Source: Candidatus Zixiibacteriota bacterium (GTDB lineage: Bacteria; Zixibacteria; MSB-5A5; WJJR01). Taken from it: a DNA stretch of 64,000 bases. The translations under genes were made by a program, and so were the position numbers. Positions within the stretch are counted from its first letter, which is position 1; each line of letters opens with the position of its first letter. The notes beneath the pieces were generated by a model. The model saw only the letters and a program-made list of their open reading frames with translations, was not told the origin of the DNA and made no database searches. Below, piece after piece: positions 26,908-36,231 of the stretch. Where the stretch lies: NCBI GenBank assembly GCA_016235085.1, contig JACRMA010000016.1, positions 10,425 to 74,424 on the forward strand, written 5' to 3'.

Positions 26908-27948
26908 TTAGACTCCCTCAGTGTGGCAGGAGCGGCATAGGCCGGGGTAGGCCGTGCCACTTCCCTCTTCGCCAACCGGAGAATTCCCCAGGCTATCCGG
27001 GAGGATCAGTGCGAACGATCGCTTATTGCCATGGGCACGGTGACACGTGAAACATGAGGGTGTGATTGTGGCGGGGGCATTGGTCCATTGAGACCCCTGT
27101 GTGCCCCATTCGCCAGTCGGGCTCATGACCTTGACCCGGTAGTTCCGGCTTTGGAACCAAGTGAGCATGTCGCCAGCGATCTGTGCGTCGGCCGTCGGAT
27201 GCCGGAGCCAGGCGTTCTCCGACTTCATCACGGCGTCGGTAGAACTGCCATGGAAGGTCGTATGGCATTGGCGGCAGAACGCACCGTAGTAAGACGAATC
27301 CGCTTTGGGCTCGTTGAAATCGATATTGCCGATGTCGTAATGGTTGTATCCCCCATTCAGCCGCTCAAAGACATCCCTTGTGAGATCATTAGTTCCAACC
27401 GCGTAGGAAAGGACCACTGAATTGGGGCCTGAGAGGTTGCGGTATGGATTGACCGCGTGCGGACCGCCGATTCCATGCGGGCTGTGGCAGTCGATGCAGT
27501 CTAATCCGGCACCGTTGCTCCAGGTTCCGCCGGGGGCGGTAGCCGTCGATCCGAGCGTGTGCCCATCGGCATCCCGGTACGGATTGATGTTATGCTGATT
27601 GAGCGCGCCTCCCTGGCGGCCCAATGTCGGCGCAGGGCCGCCGTTGACTTCAAGCACGTCGGGGGCAAATGTCTGGTTGTCATGGCAGGACAGGCACAAA
27701 GTGTTGATCGAATTGCGCAAGAGAGTTGGATAGGGGGCAGCGCCTCCGATCACCGTTCGGTACCCGCCGCCGTCGCTATTGTAGCCATGCTGCATTGAGC
27801 CGTGCATGACGTGGCATTCGTTGCAATTCAGCGTGCGGTTGTAGTGATAATCCCCGGCGACGGCCTGTTGCACGGCCAGCAGTGCCACTCCTGCTACCAG
27901 AATCGTTGCGATTCGCATAGGACCCCCGTTGAGTGGTTGGGTCATCAC
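26908..27948 (-). CDS. Secreted hexaheme c-type cytochrome
   Basis: Signal peptide and six CxxCH motifs (CNECH, CLSCH, CIDCH, CRQCH, CFTCH, CRSCH). Confidence 0.85.
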   Translation of the reverse strand: MMTQPLNGGPMRIATILVAGVALLAVQQAVAGDYHYNRTLNCNECHVMHGSMQHGYNSDGGGYRTVIGGAAPYPTLLRNSINTLCLSCHDNQTFAPDVLEVNGGPAPTLGRQGGALNQHNINPYRDADGHTLGSTATAPGGTWSNGAGLDCIDCHSPHGIGGPHAVNPYRNLSGPNSVVLSYAVGTNDLTRDVFERLNGGYNHYDIGNIDFNEPKADSSYYGAFCRQCHTTFHGSSTDAVMKSENAWLRHPTADAQIAGDMLTWFQSRNYRVKVMSPTGEWGTQGSQWTNAPATITPSCFTCHRAHGNKRSFALILPDSLGNSPVGEEGSGTAYPGLCRSCHTEGV

Positions 27949-28124
27949 GGTTCATGCATGCAACGTGACCGCCACGAGGCGGTCACGCTATCGTACAATC
28001 ACGAACGGTGCACCCATTGATCCCGTCAATGGAAATCATGACACCCCGGGGTACTATGTGCGGCGGAACTGACAACTTTCGCCGTTTCGCACCCAGCTTG
28101 AGCGCATTCCGTCGGTCAAACCCT

Positions 28125-29414
28125 CTATGTCCGGGCCGCGTTCGCCGCCGGCCGGTGCTCGAACCTCCGGCCCACGAAGTAGAACGCAATGGTGACCGCA
28201 ATGATCATGAGCGTCATCATGCCGAAGAAATTGCCCGGTGTCGTCACGGTGTAGATCCGCGAGAATAGTCCTGCTAACGTGTCGCCCAGGAAGACGGTAC
28301 ACAGCCAGATTCCGGTGATCATCGATTTCATGCTCTCGGGAGCTTCCTCAAACGCCCGTTGAAGGCCGACCACCGAAATGCACAATTCGGCCAGGGTCAT
28401 CAGGATGTAGGCGCCCACTTCCCAGAGGATTGAAATCTTCTCGGCGCCGGAAATGTATCCGGCCAATGTCATCACGCTCATGCACAAGATCACGAGGAAG
28501 AATCCGATGAGCATAATTCTGGGCGAGGTCAGCCTGCGTTTTACGTCCCGGTCTGCCTTGGCTCTGAACCAGACGAACAAGGGCGAGAAGACAACGATCA
28601 GAACAGGATTGAAGCCCTGGATCGCATCCGGGGGGATGCGCCCGAAGGGGGTGTCCAGAAGCAGGTAGTCGCGGGCGAATAATGTCCAGGTGGAATAGGA
28701 TTGATCAAACACAGACCAGAAGAAGACGATCAACGCGAACAGCCCCGAAAGCCTGCCGAGCGTTGCCCATTCCAATTTCCGCTGCTCGGGGGTTTTGACC
28801 ACCCTGGCATCCGCGCGGACATCCTCCTTCGGGTAATGCTTCTTGCCAAGGTAGAAGATGAACAGGGAAACTGCCATGAGGATCGTGGGTGCCATGAAGG
28901 CAGCGCTGTAGCCATAGCGGTCACGAACAAACGGCAACGCCCAGGTGGTAATCGCGGCCCCGATGTTAATGGCCATATAGAACCAGGAGAAGGCCTGCGA
29001 CATCAGGTGAGACTTGCCCTGTTCCTGATACATCTTCCCCATCAGGGTGCTGACGTTTGGCTTGACGGCTCCCGATCCTCCCGCCAGGAGCGCCAGCGCG
29101 ACGTACAGCCCGACTTCGGTGTTGAATGTGCCGAGGATGATGTGCCCCAGGATGTACGGGATCGCGAAATAGATAATCGTGCGGAACTTCCCCAACCAGC
29201 GGTCGGCAATGTATCCACCGAGAATCGGCAGGATATAGGCACCGGCGGTGAAGAACGAAACCACGGTCGCACTATTGGCGTCAGAGTAGCCCATCTTGTT
29301 GATCATGTACAGCAACAACAAAGTCTTCATGCCGTAGAAGCTGGCGCGTTCTGCGAGCTCGCCGCAGAAGATGAACCAGAAGCCGCGTGGGTGACGATTT
29401 TGTTCGGATGCCAT
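28125..29414 (-). CDS. POT/PTR2 family proton-dependent oligopeptide transporter (MFS)
   Basis: N-terminal POT signature FCGELAERASFYGMKTLLLLYM and 12 or more hydrophobic segments. Confidence 0.85.
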   Translation of the reverse strand: MASEQNRHPRGFWFIFCGELAERASFYGMKTLLLLYMINKMGYSDANSATVVSFFTAGAYILPILGGYIADRWLGKFRTIIYFAIPYILGHIILGTFNTEVGLYVALALLAGGSGAVKPNVSTLMGKMYQEQGKSHLMSQAFSWFYMAINIGAAITTWALPFVRDRYGYSAAFMAPTILMAVSLFIFYLGKKHYPKEDVRADARVVKTPEQRKLEWATLGRLSGLFALIVFFWSVFDQSYSTWTLFARDYLLLDTPFGRIPPDAIQGFNPVLIVVFSPLFVWFRAKADRDVKRRLTSPRIMLIGFFLVILCMSVMTLAGYISGAEKISILWEVGAYILMTLAELCISVVGLQRAFEEAPESMKSMITGIWLCTVFLGDTLAGLFSRIYTVTTPGNFFGMMTLMIIAVTIAFYFVGRRFEHRPAANAART

Positions 29415-29439
29415 GCGATAGTCCCCTCGGTGGATGATT

Positions 29440-31552
29440 TCACTGACCCTTGGATTCTACAGGTTTGTACTGTACGCCAAGCTCGTCGAAGAGAAACGAG
29501 TATGAGTCCGTCTGCTGGGCGATGCGCTCGCTGAGCGCGGTGCCACCGCCGTGTCCCGACCGCGTGCTGATTCGCAGCAGGATGCGGGCAATGGTTCCCG
29601 TGACACTCTGGAGCCGTGCGGCCATCTTGCGCGAATGGGCGGGATTCACCCGGCCGTCATTCTGGCCGGTCATGAACAGGACATCGGGATACACTTTGCC
29701 CTCCTGCACGTGATGGTATGGCGAGTATGCGTACAGCGCGGCGAATTGCGTGGAATCGCTGACCGATCCGTACTCCACGGCGTTGAACACACCGTTGGGG
29801 TCGCGTTCGAAGCGGAGCATATCGTAGTAGCCGACACGTGCGACCACGGCGCGGAACAACTCCGGGTGCTGGGTGATTGCGGCGCCCATCAACAATCCGC
29901 CGTTGCTGCCACCTTCGATCGCCAGCCGTTTTGCGCTGGTATACCCGGATTGAATGAGATGCTCGGCGCAGGCGACGAAGTCATCGAATACGTTTTGCTT
30001 ATTGGTGAGATTGCCGCCCAAATGCCACTTCTCGCCGAACTCACTGCCGCCACGTAAATTGGCGATCACCAGCACGCCGCCCTGTTCAATCCAGACACTG
30101 CGGATCGCATCAAATCCCGGCGACATGCTGATATTGAAACCGCCATAACCCGTCAAGAGTGTAGGGTTGTCGCCATCGAGAGGTGTCCCTTTGCGCCGCA
30201 GGATGTTCATTGGTATCCGAGTCCCATCCTTCGACGTGGCGAATTCGCGAACAACCTCAATGTTGCTCAAGTCGACTGGTGACGTGATGGCGAGGGCGGT
30301 CCGGGCAAGGGCGCCGGTTTCGGGGTAGTAGGCGTACCAGGCGGGTGGATCAAGGTAGCCCGACACATTAAACATGATCGTGTCGCCACCGATTGGGAGA
30401 ATTCCTCCAACGGACGAGACCGGTTTGACCGGAATCGCCCCAGCGGGCTTTCCGGCATAATCGAAGACTCTGATTTGCGAGGGACCGCCGACGCGATCCC
30501 GTACATATAGTTTGGAGGACGTGGGCGTGGCGTCCACGATCACCATCGAGTCTTCGGGCACGATCTGGATCGCCTTGGCGAGTTCAGTTGTGCCAGCCGG
30601 AAGCCGAAGGATCTTCCCGAACGGTGCGTTCTGTATCGAAAGTAGGAATATCGAATTGTCGGGCGCGAGCGTGGCGCGTGTGATCTTGTCGGCAAAACTG
30701 GAGATCGGTAGCCATGTTCCGGCAGGTGTGAGGAGGTAATGAGCCACCTCACCACCGTCACCGTTCCGGACGGAAGCGAGGAAATACCGCCCATCCTCTG
30801 AGGCTTCCAGATGGACTTCTGCGATACGCGGGAAGTCCCTCCCAATTGCGTAGCGGTCCTCGGTGGTCGGGGTTCCGAGCTTGTGGAAATACACCTGCTG
30901 GAAGAAACGCATGTCCCCGCTGGGTCGTTCGCCTTCACGTGGGTAGCGGGTATAGAAGAACCCTGATCCATCCTCATTCCACGCCACACTGCCGCCGGCC
31001 GTCGCGCCGTTGACACGCGGGACGATGTCTGAAGTCTCTTTGCCGGTGGCCACGTCGTAAACATGAACCGTTCCGTCTTCACTGCCGCCCTCGGAAAGCG
31101 ACACGGCGACCAACCGGCCATCGCGCGAGGGAACAAAGAAGTCGATGGACGTCGTGCCTGCGGTGTTCAGTGTATTCACGTCAAGGAGCACCCGCTCGCT
31201 GGTACACAAGGCTGTAGTACTGTGACGAGACATTGCGATGCAGCTCCTCCAGCCGTCGGGCAATCACGTCGCGACTGGGAAGTCCATCCAGAACCTTGCG
31301 GGCGTACTGATTTTCAGACGCAATCCACGTCCTGACCGTGGTGTCACCGGTATTCTCGAGCCACTGGTAATCATCCGTGACCGTGATGCCGTGGTATTGG
31401 TCGGTCACCGGCATCCTATTCGTCGGGGGTGGAGCCGGCACATCAGCCGTATGCCCGCACACTGCCCCGCCCACCGTAATGGCCGCCGTTGCCAATACTG
31501 ACCACAGGGATTGTCGCAACGAGCCTGCGAAGATTCCACATCCATGCTTCAC
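29440..31552 (-). pseudogene. Prolyl oligopeptidase (S9A) gene split by a frameshift near 31190-31265
   Basis: The 123-aa N-terminal ORF (31181-31552) has the signal peptide and the POP N-terminal motif (TDDYQWLENTGDTTVRTWIASENQYARKVL). The 607-aa ORF (29440-31263) carries the beta-propeller and the catalytic domain (GGSNGGLLMGAAITQHPELF). The two ORFs overlap in different frames. Confidence 0.75.
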
Positions 31553-31717
31553 GTCCGCATCTCCTTCGGGCGGATGGGGAAGCCGCCCTTCGCCGGCTCA
31601 AGTCGGCGAAGGGGTCAGTCTAACCGATTCGGCGATCTCATTCAACTGGGATATTGCCCCCGGTGAAGTCGGGCTGCGCCAGAGGCCATCCGGTTGGCAA
31701 GATCAACGCTCGAACCG

Positions 31718-32533
31718 TTACCGCTTGTGGGCGATAATCTCGAGGACGGCAGGAGTGACCATCAGCGTGCGGGGATCGGCTGTCGCGTCCGCCAGCGCTT
31801 TTGAAATCGCGTGGGACCGCTCGGGAGTCAGATGTTTCAAATCCACGAGGCGGTGAAGCGCCACTTCGACAAACGTGACCGGCCATTGCCAGACAAAGTT
31901 CGTTGCCGGAACAACATCGATGATCGGCTTCAGCGTATCTATTTCGAATCCCAGCTCACGCAACCAGACCGGCAGATCCAGACCGATGTCCGGCTCCCCG
32001 CCATCGGCGCGCCAGCTCTTCATGGCCGCCTGGACGAATTCCTCCAATTCGGAAGAGCGCGGCGTGAAACGCCACGAGGCGTAGTTGAAGTATTCATGAA
32101 ACACGGCAACACCGCCTGGCCTGATGGCGGCCGCCACCCGGGAGAGAAGGCTGCGGGGATTCTTGACAAAGGCGAAGACCCAGCGGCACCACGCCCCATC
32201 AAGGCCGGAGGCGGGAAGTGCCGCCTCGCTGAGGTCCAGTTCATGCGTGGTGATGTTGTCGATTCCGAGATGGTCGCGGGCCGCCTCGAGCGCATCGAGG
32301 AATCGCCGCGAACGGTCGCAGGCAATGATGTGTCCGGCCGGTCCGACAATCCCGGCCAAATCGAGCGAGGCATAGCCGGGACCGCAGCCGACGTCCATCA
32401 GTGTCTGCCCGACGGTGAATCCCGCCCGCCGCCAGGCATCGAGTGCGCGGGGCCGCCAGACGCGGTGCTGAAGCCCCAGGCGCTGAATCTCCTCATCGTG
32501 CGTCCCCAATACATAATCATTGTCTTTGGCCAT
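31718..32533 (-). CDS. Class I SAM-dependent methyltransferase
   Basis: Motif I LMDVGCGPGYASLDLA. Start at MAKDNDYVLG (ATG 32533). Confidence 0.8.
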   Translation of the reverse strand: MAKDNDYVLGTHDEEIQRLGLQHRVWRPRALDAWRRAGFTVGQTLMDVGCGPGYASLDLAGIVGPAGHIIACDRSRRFLDALEAARDHLGIDNITTHELDLSEAALPASGLDGAWCRWVFAFVKNPRSLLSRVAAAIRPGGVAVFHEYFNYASWRFTPRSSELEEFVQAAMKSWRADGGEPDIGLDLPVWLRELGFEIDTLKPIIDVVPATNFVWQWPVTFVEVALHRLVDLKHLTPERSHAISKALADATADPRTLMVTPAVLEIIAHKR

Positions 32534-32606
32534 GTCTCTGGATCCTCGAGTGAAAGGCGAATTGTGGGGTTGGTGCAATTGCGAAGTAATTCTGTCCTGA
32601 TAACGA

Positions 32607-32897
32607 TTATGGCTTGCTTAACGCCAGTTCTTCCTTCTGTTTCCTTTTCCAGTGCTTGATCTGGTATTCCCGTCGAAGCGCGTGGCTTCGGGTCAGACAT
32701 CGTTCCTGGTAAATGAGGCGGACCGGACGTCTTCCTGCCGTATATACGGCGCCTTTCCCCAGATTGTGTTTCGCAATTCGCGCTGTAACGTCGGTCGAAA
32801 TGCCTGTATAGATCGATCCGTCCGCACAGCGCGCCATGTACACGTACCATTTAGCGGTTTTAGCAGGCGGCTTGAGTCGGTTGGAATTCTTGGTCAA
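32607..32897 (-). CDS. GIY-YIG nuclease family protein (UPF0213-like)
   Basis: The motif WYVYMARCADGSIYTGISTDVTARIAKHN ... R ... E ... KHWKRKQKEEL matches the stand-alone GIY-YIG family. Confidence 0.8.
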   Translation of the reverse strand: MTKNSNRLKPPAKTAKWYVYMARCADGSIYTGISTDVTARIAKHNLGKGAVYTAGRRPVRLIYQERCLTRSHALRREYQIKHWKRKQKEELALSKP

Positions 32898-33053
32898 TGT
32901 GGTCAGCCCCCAGCATCCAATTGCATCCTTGTAGCGTGAGCACGCGTATCAAAGATCGCACAAATCGGGCCACTCGGGGCATACGAAAGATGATTGTGTA
33001 TCGAGACGAAACCACACTCCATTAGGGCAGGCCAACTTTGACTGGAGACCTAC

Positions 33054-33560
33054 ATGAATTCGATGTCCGACCGTTTCCGACACTGGTATGAACATGAACG
33101 CGACTGCAACGCCAAGACGCTGACGATGCTGGACTCGGTGCCCGCCGAAAAGCGTTCCTCGCCCGATTTTCAGCGCGCGGTTGAGCTGATGGCCCATATG
33201 GTCGCCGCGCGGCGCATGTGGCTATACCGGCTGGGACATGGACCGCAGCCGCCCGGGGGGTGGTCGCCGCAGGGCGTCGCATTCGCGGATCTGCCCGGCA
33301 TGCTCTCGGCCATTGAGGCGGCGTGGGTGAAGTATCTGCAAAATCTGTCGGATGAGGACCTGGCCAGAGAACTCGAGTGGCCGGTGTCGGATGGAAGCCG
33401 CTGGCGGTGGCCGGTCGAGAAGATCCTGACCCAGGTATCCTGTCACGCCTGGTACCATCGCGGCCAGATTGTAGTTCTTGTCGGAGCGCTGGGTGGTAAG
33501 ACCATGAGCACCGATCTGATCTTCTGGGATCGTCCGGCGCATCTTGAACCGGCAGGTTGA
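33054..33560 (+). CDS. DinB/YfiT-like (DinB_2) metal-dependent hydrolase-fold protein
   Basis: Four-helix bundle with conserved His (HWYEHERDCN, AHMVAARRMW, CHAWYHRGQI). Confidence 0.7.
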   Translation: MNSMSDRFRHWYEHERDCNAKTLTMLDSVPAEKRSSPDFQRAVELMAHMVAARRMWLYRLGHGPQPPGGWSPQGVAFADLPGMLSAIEAAWVKYLQNLSDEDLARELEWPVSDGSRWRWPVEKILTQVSCHAWYHRGQIVVLVGALGGKTMSTDLIFWDRPAHLEPAG

Positions 33561-33619
33561 CGCCGATCGCAATGATGATTATTTTTGCCTCGCATTGTTT
33601 GTGAGGGATAGCCGTTGAT

Positions 33620-34555
33620 ATGAGACTCTGGATCCTGATTCTGGGAGTGTGTGTATCCATGAATTCCGCCAACGCCGAGCAGAAACCGGATTTCGACACG
33701 TTATGGAATTACTACAAGCCGGCCGAGACCGAGGTGAAGTTCCGCGAGTTGCTGCCGGCTGCCCGAAAGTCCGGTGATGCGGGATTCCTGGTCGAGCTGA
33801 CAACCCAGATTGCACGGACTCTCGGGTTGCAGCAGAAGTTCGCCGAGGCACATGCGCTCCTCGATTCCACTCTGCCGCTTTTGGACGCGGCCGGGGAACG
33901 TGCGCGCGTTCGTTACCTTTTGGAACGTGGCCGGACGTTCAACTCATCGAAACAGCAGGAAAAGTCGGTGCCGTTGTTTACCGAAGCGTGGGAACGGGCT
34001 CAGAAGGCCGGGTACGATTTCTATGCAGTCGACGCGGCACACATGCTGGCAATTGCGACCCCCGCCGCAGAGCACATGGGATGGAACATGAACGCTGTTG
34101 CCGTGGCGAAGAACTCCAGGGATCCGAAAGCCCGGAACTGGCTGGGAAGTTTGTACAACAACATCGGCTGGGACTACTTTGACCAGAAGAAGTTCGAATC
34201 GGCTCGCGAGATGTTCGAGAAAGCTCTCAGTGCCCGGGTCGAACAGAAGAAACCGGCGGAGATTCGATTCGCCAAGTGGTGTATTGCCAAGACTCTGCGC
34301 ATGCTGGGCAAAGCCGATTCTGCTCTGGCCGTGCAACGACAGCTCGAAAAGGAATGGCGCGATTCCGGGGAAGAGCAGGATGGGTATGTGTTCGAAGAGC
34401 TCGGCGAGTGCCTGCTTGCGCTGAACCGACGACAGGAATCCGAGGCCTATTTTGCCCGTGCGTACGAATTTCTATCCAAAGACCCCTGGCTGACGAGAGA
34501 CGAGCCCGACCGCCTGATGCGGTTGAAGGAACTGGGGAAAGTGAAGTCAGATTGA
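33620..34555 (+). CDS. Secreted TPR-like repeat protein
   Basis: Signal peptide MRLWILILGVCVSMNSANA and helical repeats rich in A/L/Y/W (NWLGSLYNNIGWDYFDQKKFESAREMFEKAL). Confidence 0.7.
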   Translation: MRLWILILGVCVSMNSANAEQKPDFDTLWNYYKPAETEVKFRELLPAARKSGDAGFLVELTTQIARTLGLQQKFAEAHALLDSTLPLLDAAGERARVRYLLERGRTFNSSKQQEKSVPLFTEAWERAQKAGYDFYAVDAAHMLAIATPAAEHMGWNMNAVAVAKNSRDPKARNWLGSLYNNIGWDYFDQKKFESAREMFEKALSARVEQKKPAEIRFAKWCIAKTLRMLGKADSALAVQRQLEKEWRDSGEEQDGYVFEELGECLLALNRRQESEAYFARAYEFLSKDPWLTRDEPDRLMRLKELGKVKSD

Positions 34556-34760
34556 CTTCAATTTCCTCCGTGATCCCCGGCACGGCCATGCCATAAACGC
34601 GCGTCCTCTGCCAACTCGCGTTGGCGGAAGTCGGCGTCATGCGAGATTAGCCCCAAATTCTGTCAGAATTTCTGATATTCACTTGTGCAGCGGGAGTCGA
34701 ATGCTGTTCCTTTCGGTGGTGGTGGTTCTTGTCGCGAGACTCAGCCGGAGGTGAATTATC

Positions 34761-36059
34761 ATGAAGAAGCGCAGCCTGGTCCCCGTCGTGGTCGTGCTGG
34801 TGCTATGCCTGTCGCCCTTCGCGCGCGCCCAGCACGATTCGGTTCAGTATCTCCCCCGATACTATGATCCGGTTCTGGAAGAGATGGAAGAGAACGCTGA
34901 TTCGCTCAAAGCGATTCGCGACAGTGTGACTGGTGCGATCCGAAAGGAGCAGAAGGAACAAAAGAAGGCGGAAAAGAAGACCCGGAAGGAGCTGCGATTT
35001 GACGTCAGCGGCATCAAGGCGCCCGATTCACCCGGTGTATTTGCAAGAGTGTTCCATTTCCCGCCGGTGGCGCAGTATCGCACCGGAACCTGCTGGTCGT
35101 TCTCATCCACTTCATTCATCGAGTCGGAAGTGTTCCGCCAGATCGGAAAGAAGATCAAGCTATCTGAGATGCACACGGTCTATTACGAATACCTGGCGAA
35201 GGCAAAGGGATTCATAGACGATAGAGGGCAGACTTGGAACGGCGAAGGTTCTGAAGCGAATGCCCTGGTGCGGATGATGAAGGAACATGGGGCGGTGCCC
35301 GAGGAAATCTATAGCGGGTTGCTTCCCGGCCAGACGCGTCATGACCACTCGGCACTTTCCGGAGAAATCCAGGCGTACCTCAACTTCGTCAAATCACACG
35401 ACTACTGGGACGAGGACGCCGTCCTCAAGCACGTGCGTCTGATTCTCGACACCCATCTCGGAAAGCCTCCGGATCGTTTTGACTTCGAGGGGCACTCGTA
35501 CACTCCGATCGAGTTTTTGAAGAATATTCTCAAGATCAATCTCGACGATTACGTGGATGTGATTTCGACGCTCTCATTCCCCTACTACACGCAGGGGCCA
35601 TACGAGGTGCCGGATAACTGGTGGCACGACAGCACCTATTACAACCTGCCACTGGACGAATGGTATTCGGCGCTGGTCTCTGCGATCAAAAGCGGATTTT
35701 CCGTCGAGCTGGCCGGTGACGTCTCCGAGCCGGGTTGGTATGGCCAGAAGAATCTCGATGTGATTCCCGACTTCGATATCCCCCAGGCATCGATCAATGC
35801 CCAGTCACGCGAGTTTCGCTTCTACAATCACACGACAACCGATGATCACGGGATCCACTTGGTTGGTTACACGTCGCTCGACGGGCGCGACTGGTTTTTG
35901 ATCAAAGACTCGGGCCGCAGTGCGCGCCACGGCCGTTTCGAAGGGTATTACTTCATGCGTGATGACTACCTGCGGCTGAAGATGCTGGGATTCACGGTAC
36001 ATCGGTCGGCTATGGGGGATATACTCAAACGATTCGCCTCAGCGCCGGTGGACCAGTGA
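34761..36059 (+). CDS. Secreted papain-like (C1 family) cysteine peptidase, aminopeptidase C/bleomycin hydrolase-like
   Basis: Signal peptide. Oxyanion-hole Gln and catalytic Cys in VAQYRTGTCWSFSS, catalytic His in DDHGIHLVGYT, and WFLIKDSG. Confidence 0.8.
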   Translation: MKKRSLVPVVVVLVLCLSPFARAQHDSVQYLPRYYDPVLEEMEENADSLKAIRDSVTGAIRKEQKEQKKAEKKTRKELRFDVSGIKAPDSPGVFARVFHFPPVAQYRTGTCWSFSSTSFIESEVFRQIGKKIKLSEMHTVYYEYLAKAKGFIDDRGQTWNGEGSEANALVRMMKEHGAVPEEIYSGLLPGQTRHDHSALSGEIQAYLNFVKSHDYWDEDAVLKHVRLILDTHLGKPPDRFDFEGHSYTPIEFLKNILKINLDDYVDVISTLSFPYYTQGPYEVPDNWWHDSTYYNLPLDEWYSALVSAIKSGFSVELAGDVSEPGWYGQKNLDVIPDFDIPQASINAQSREFRFYNHTTTDDHGIHLVGYTSLDGRDWFLIKDSGRSARHGRFEGYYFMRDDYLRLKMLGFTVHRSAMGDILKRFASAPVDQ

Positions 36060-36231
36060 ACCGCTGGTGGTCGCAATTGCGACCGAGCCCATCGCCAGGT
36101 GCTCCACCGTACAAAGAAAGTCCCCGTCGTTTTCAGGCGTGTTGCAAAACCTTCAACTGGTAAACTCGAGAGGCCGGACAAGAGTGTCCGGCCTGCCGAT
36201 ATCGGTACAAGATGGTTGCGGCCTGCTCCAC

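Noticed and set aside
36068-36084. 16-nt perfect palindrome GGTCGCAATTGCGACC right after the C1 peptidase stop
   Set aside because: It could be a terminator stem, but there is no downstream T-tract and it occurs only once. It is too weak to call a feature.
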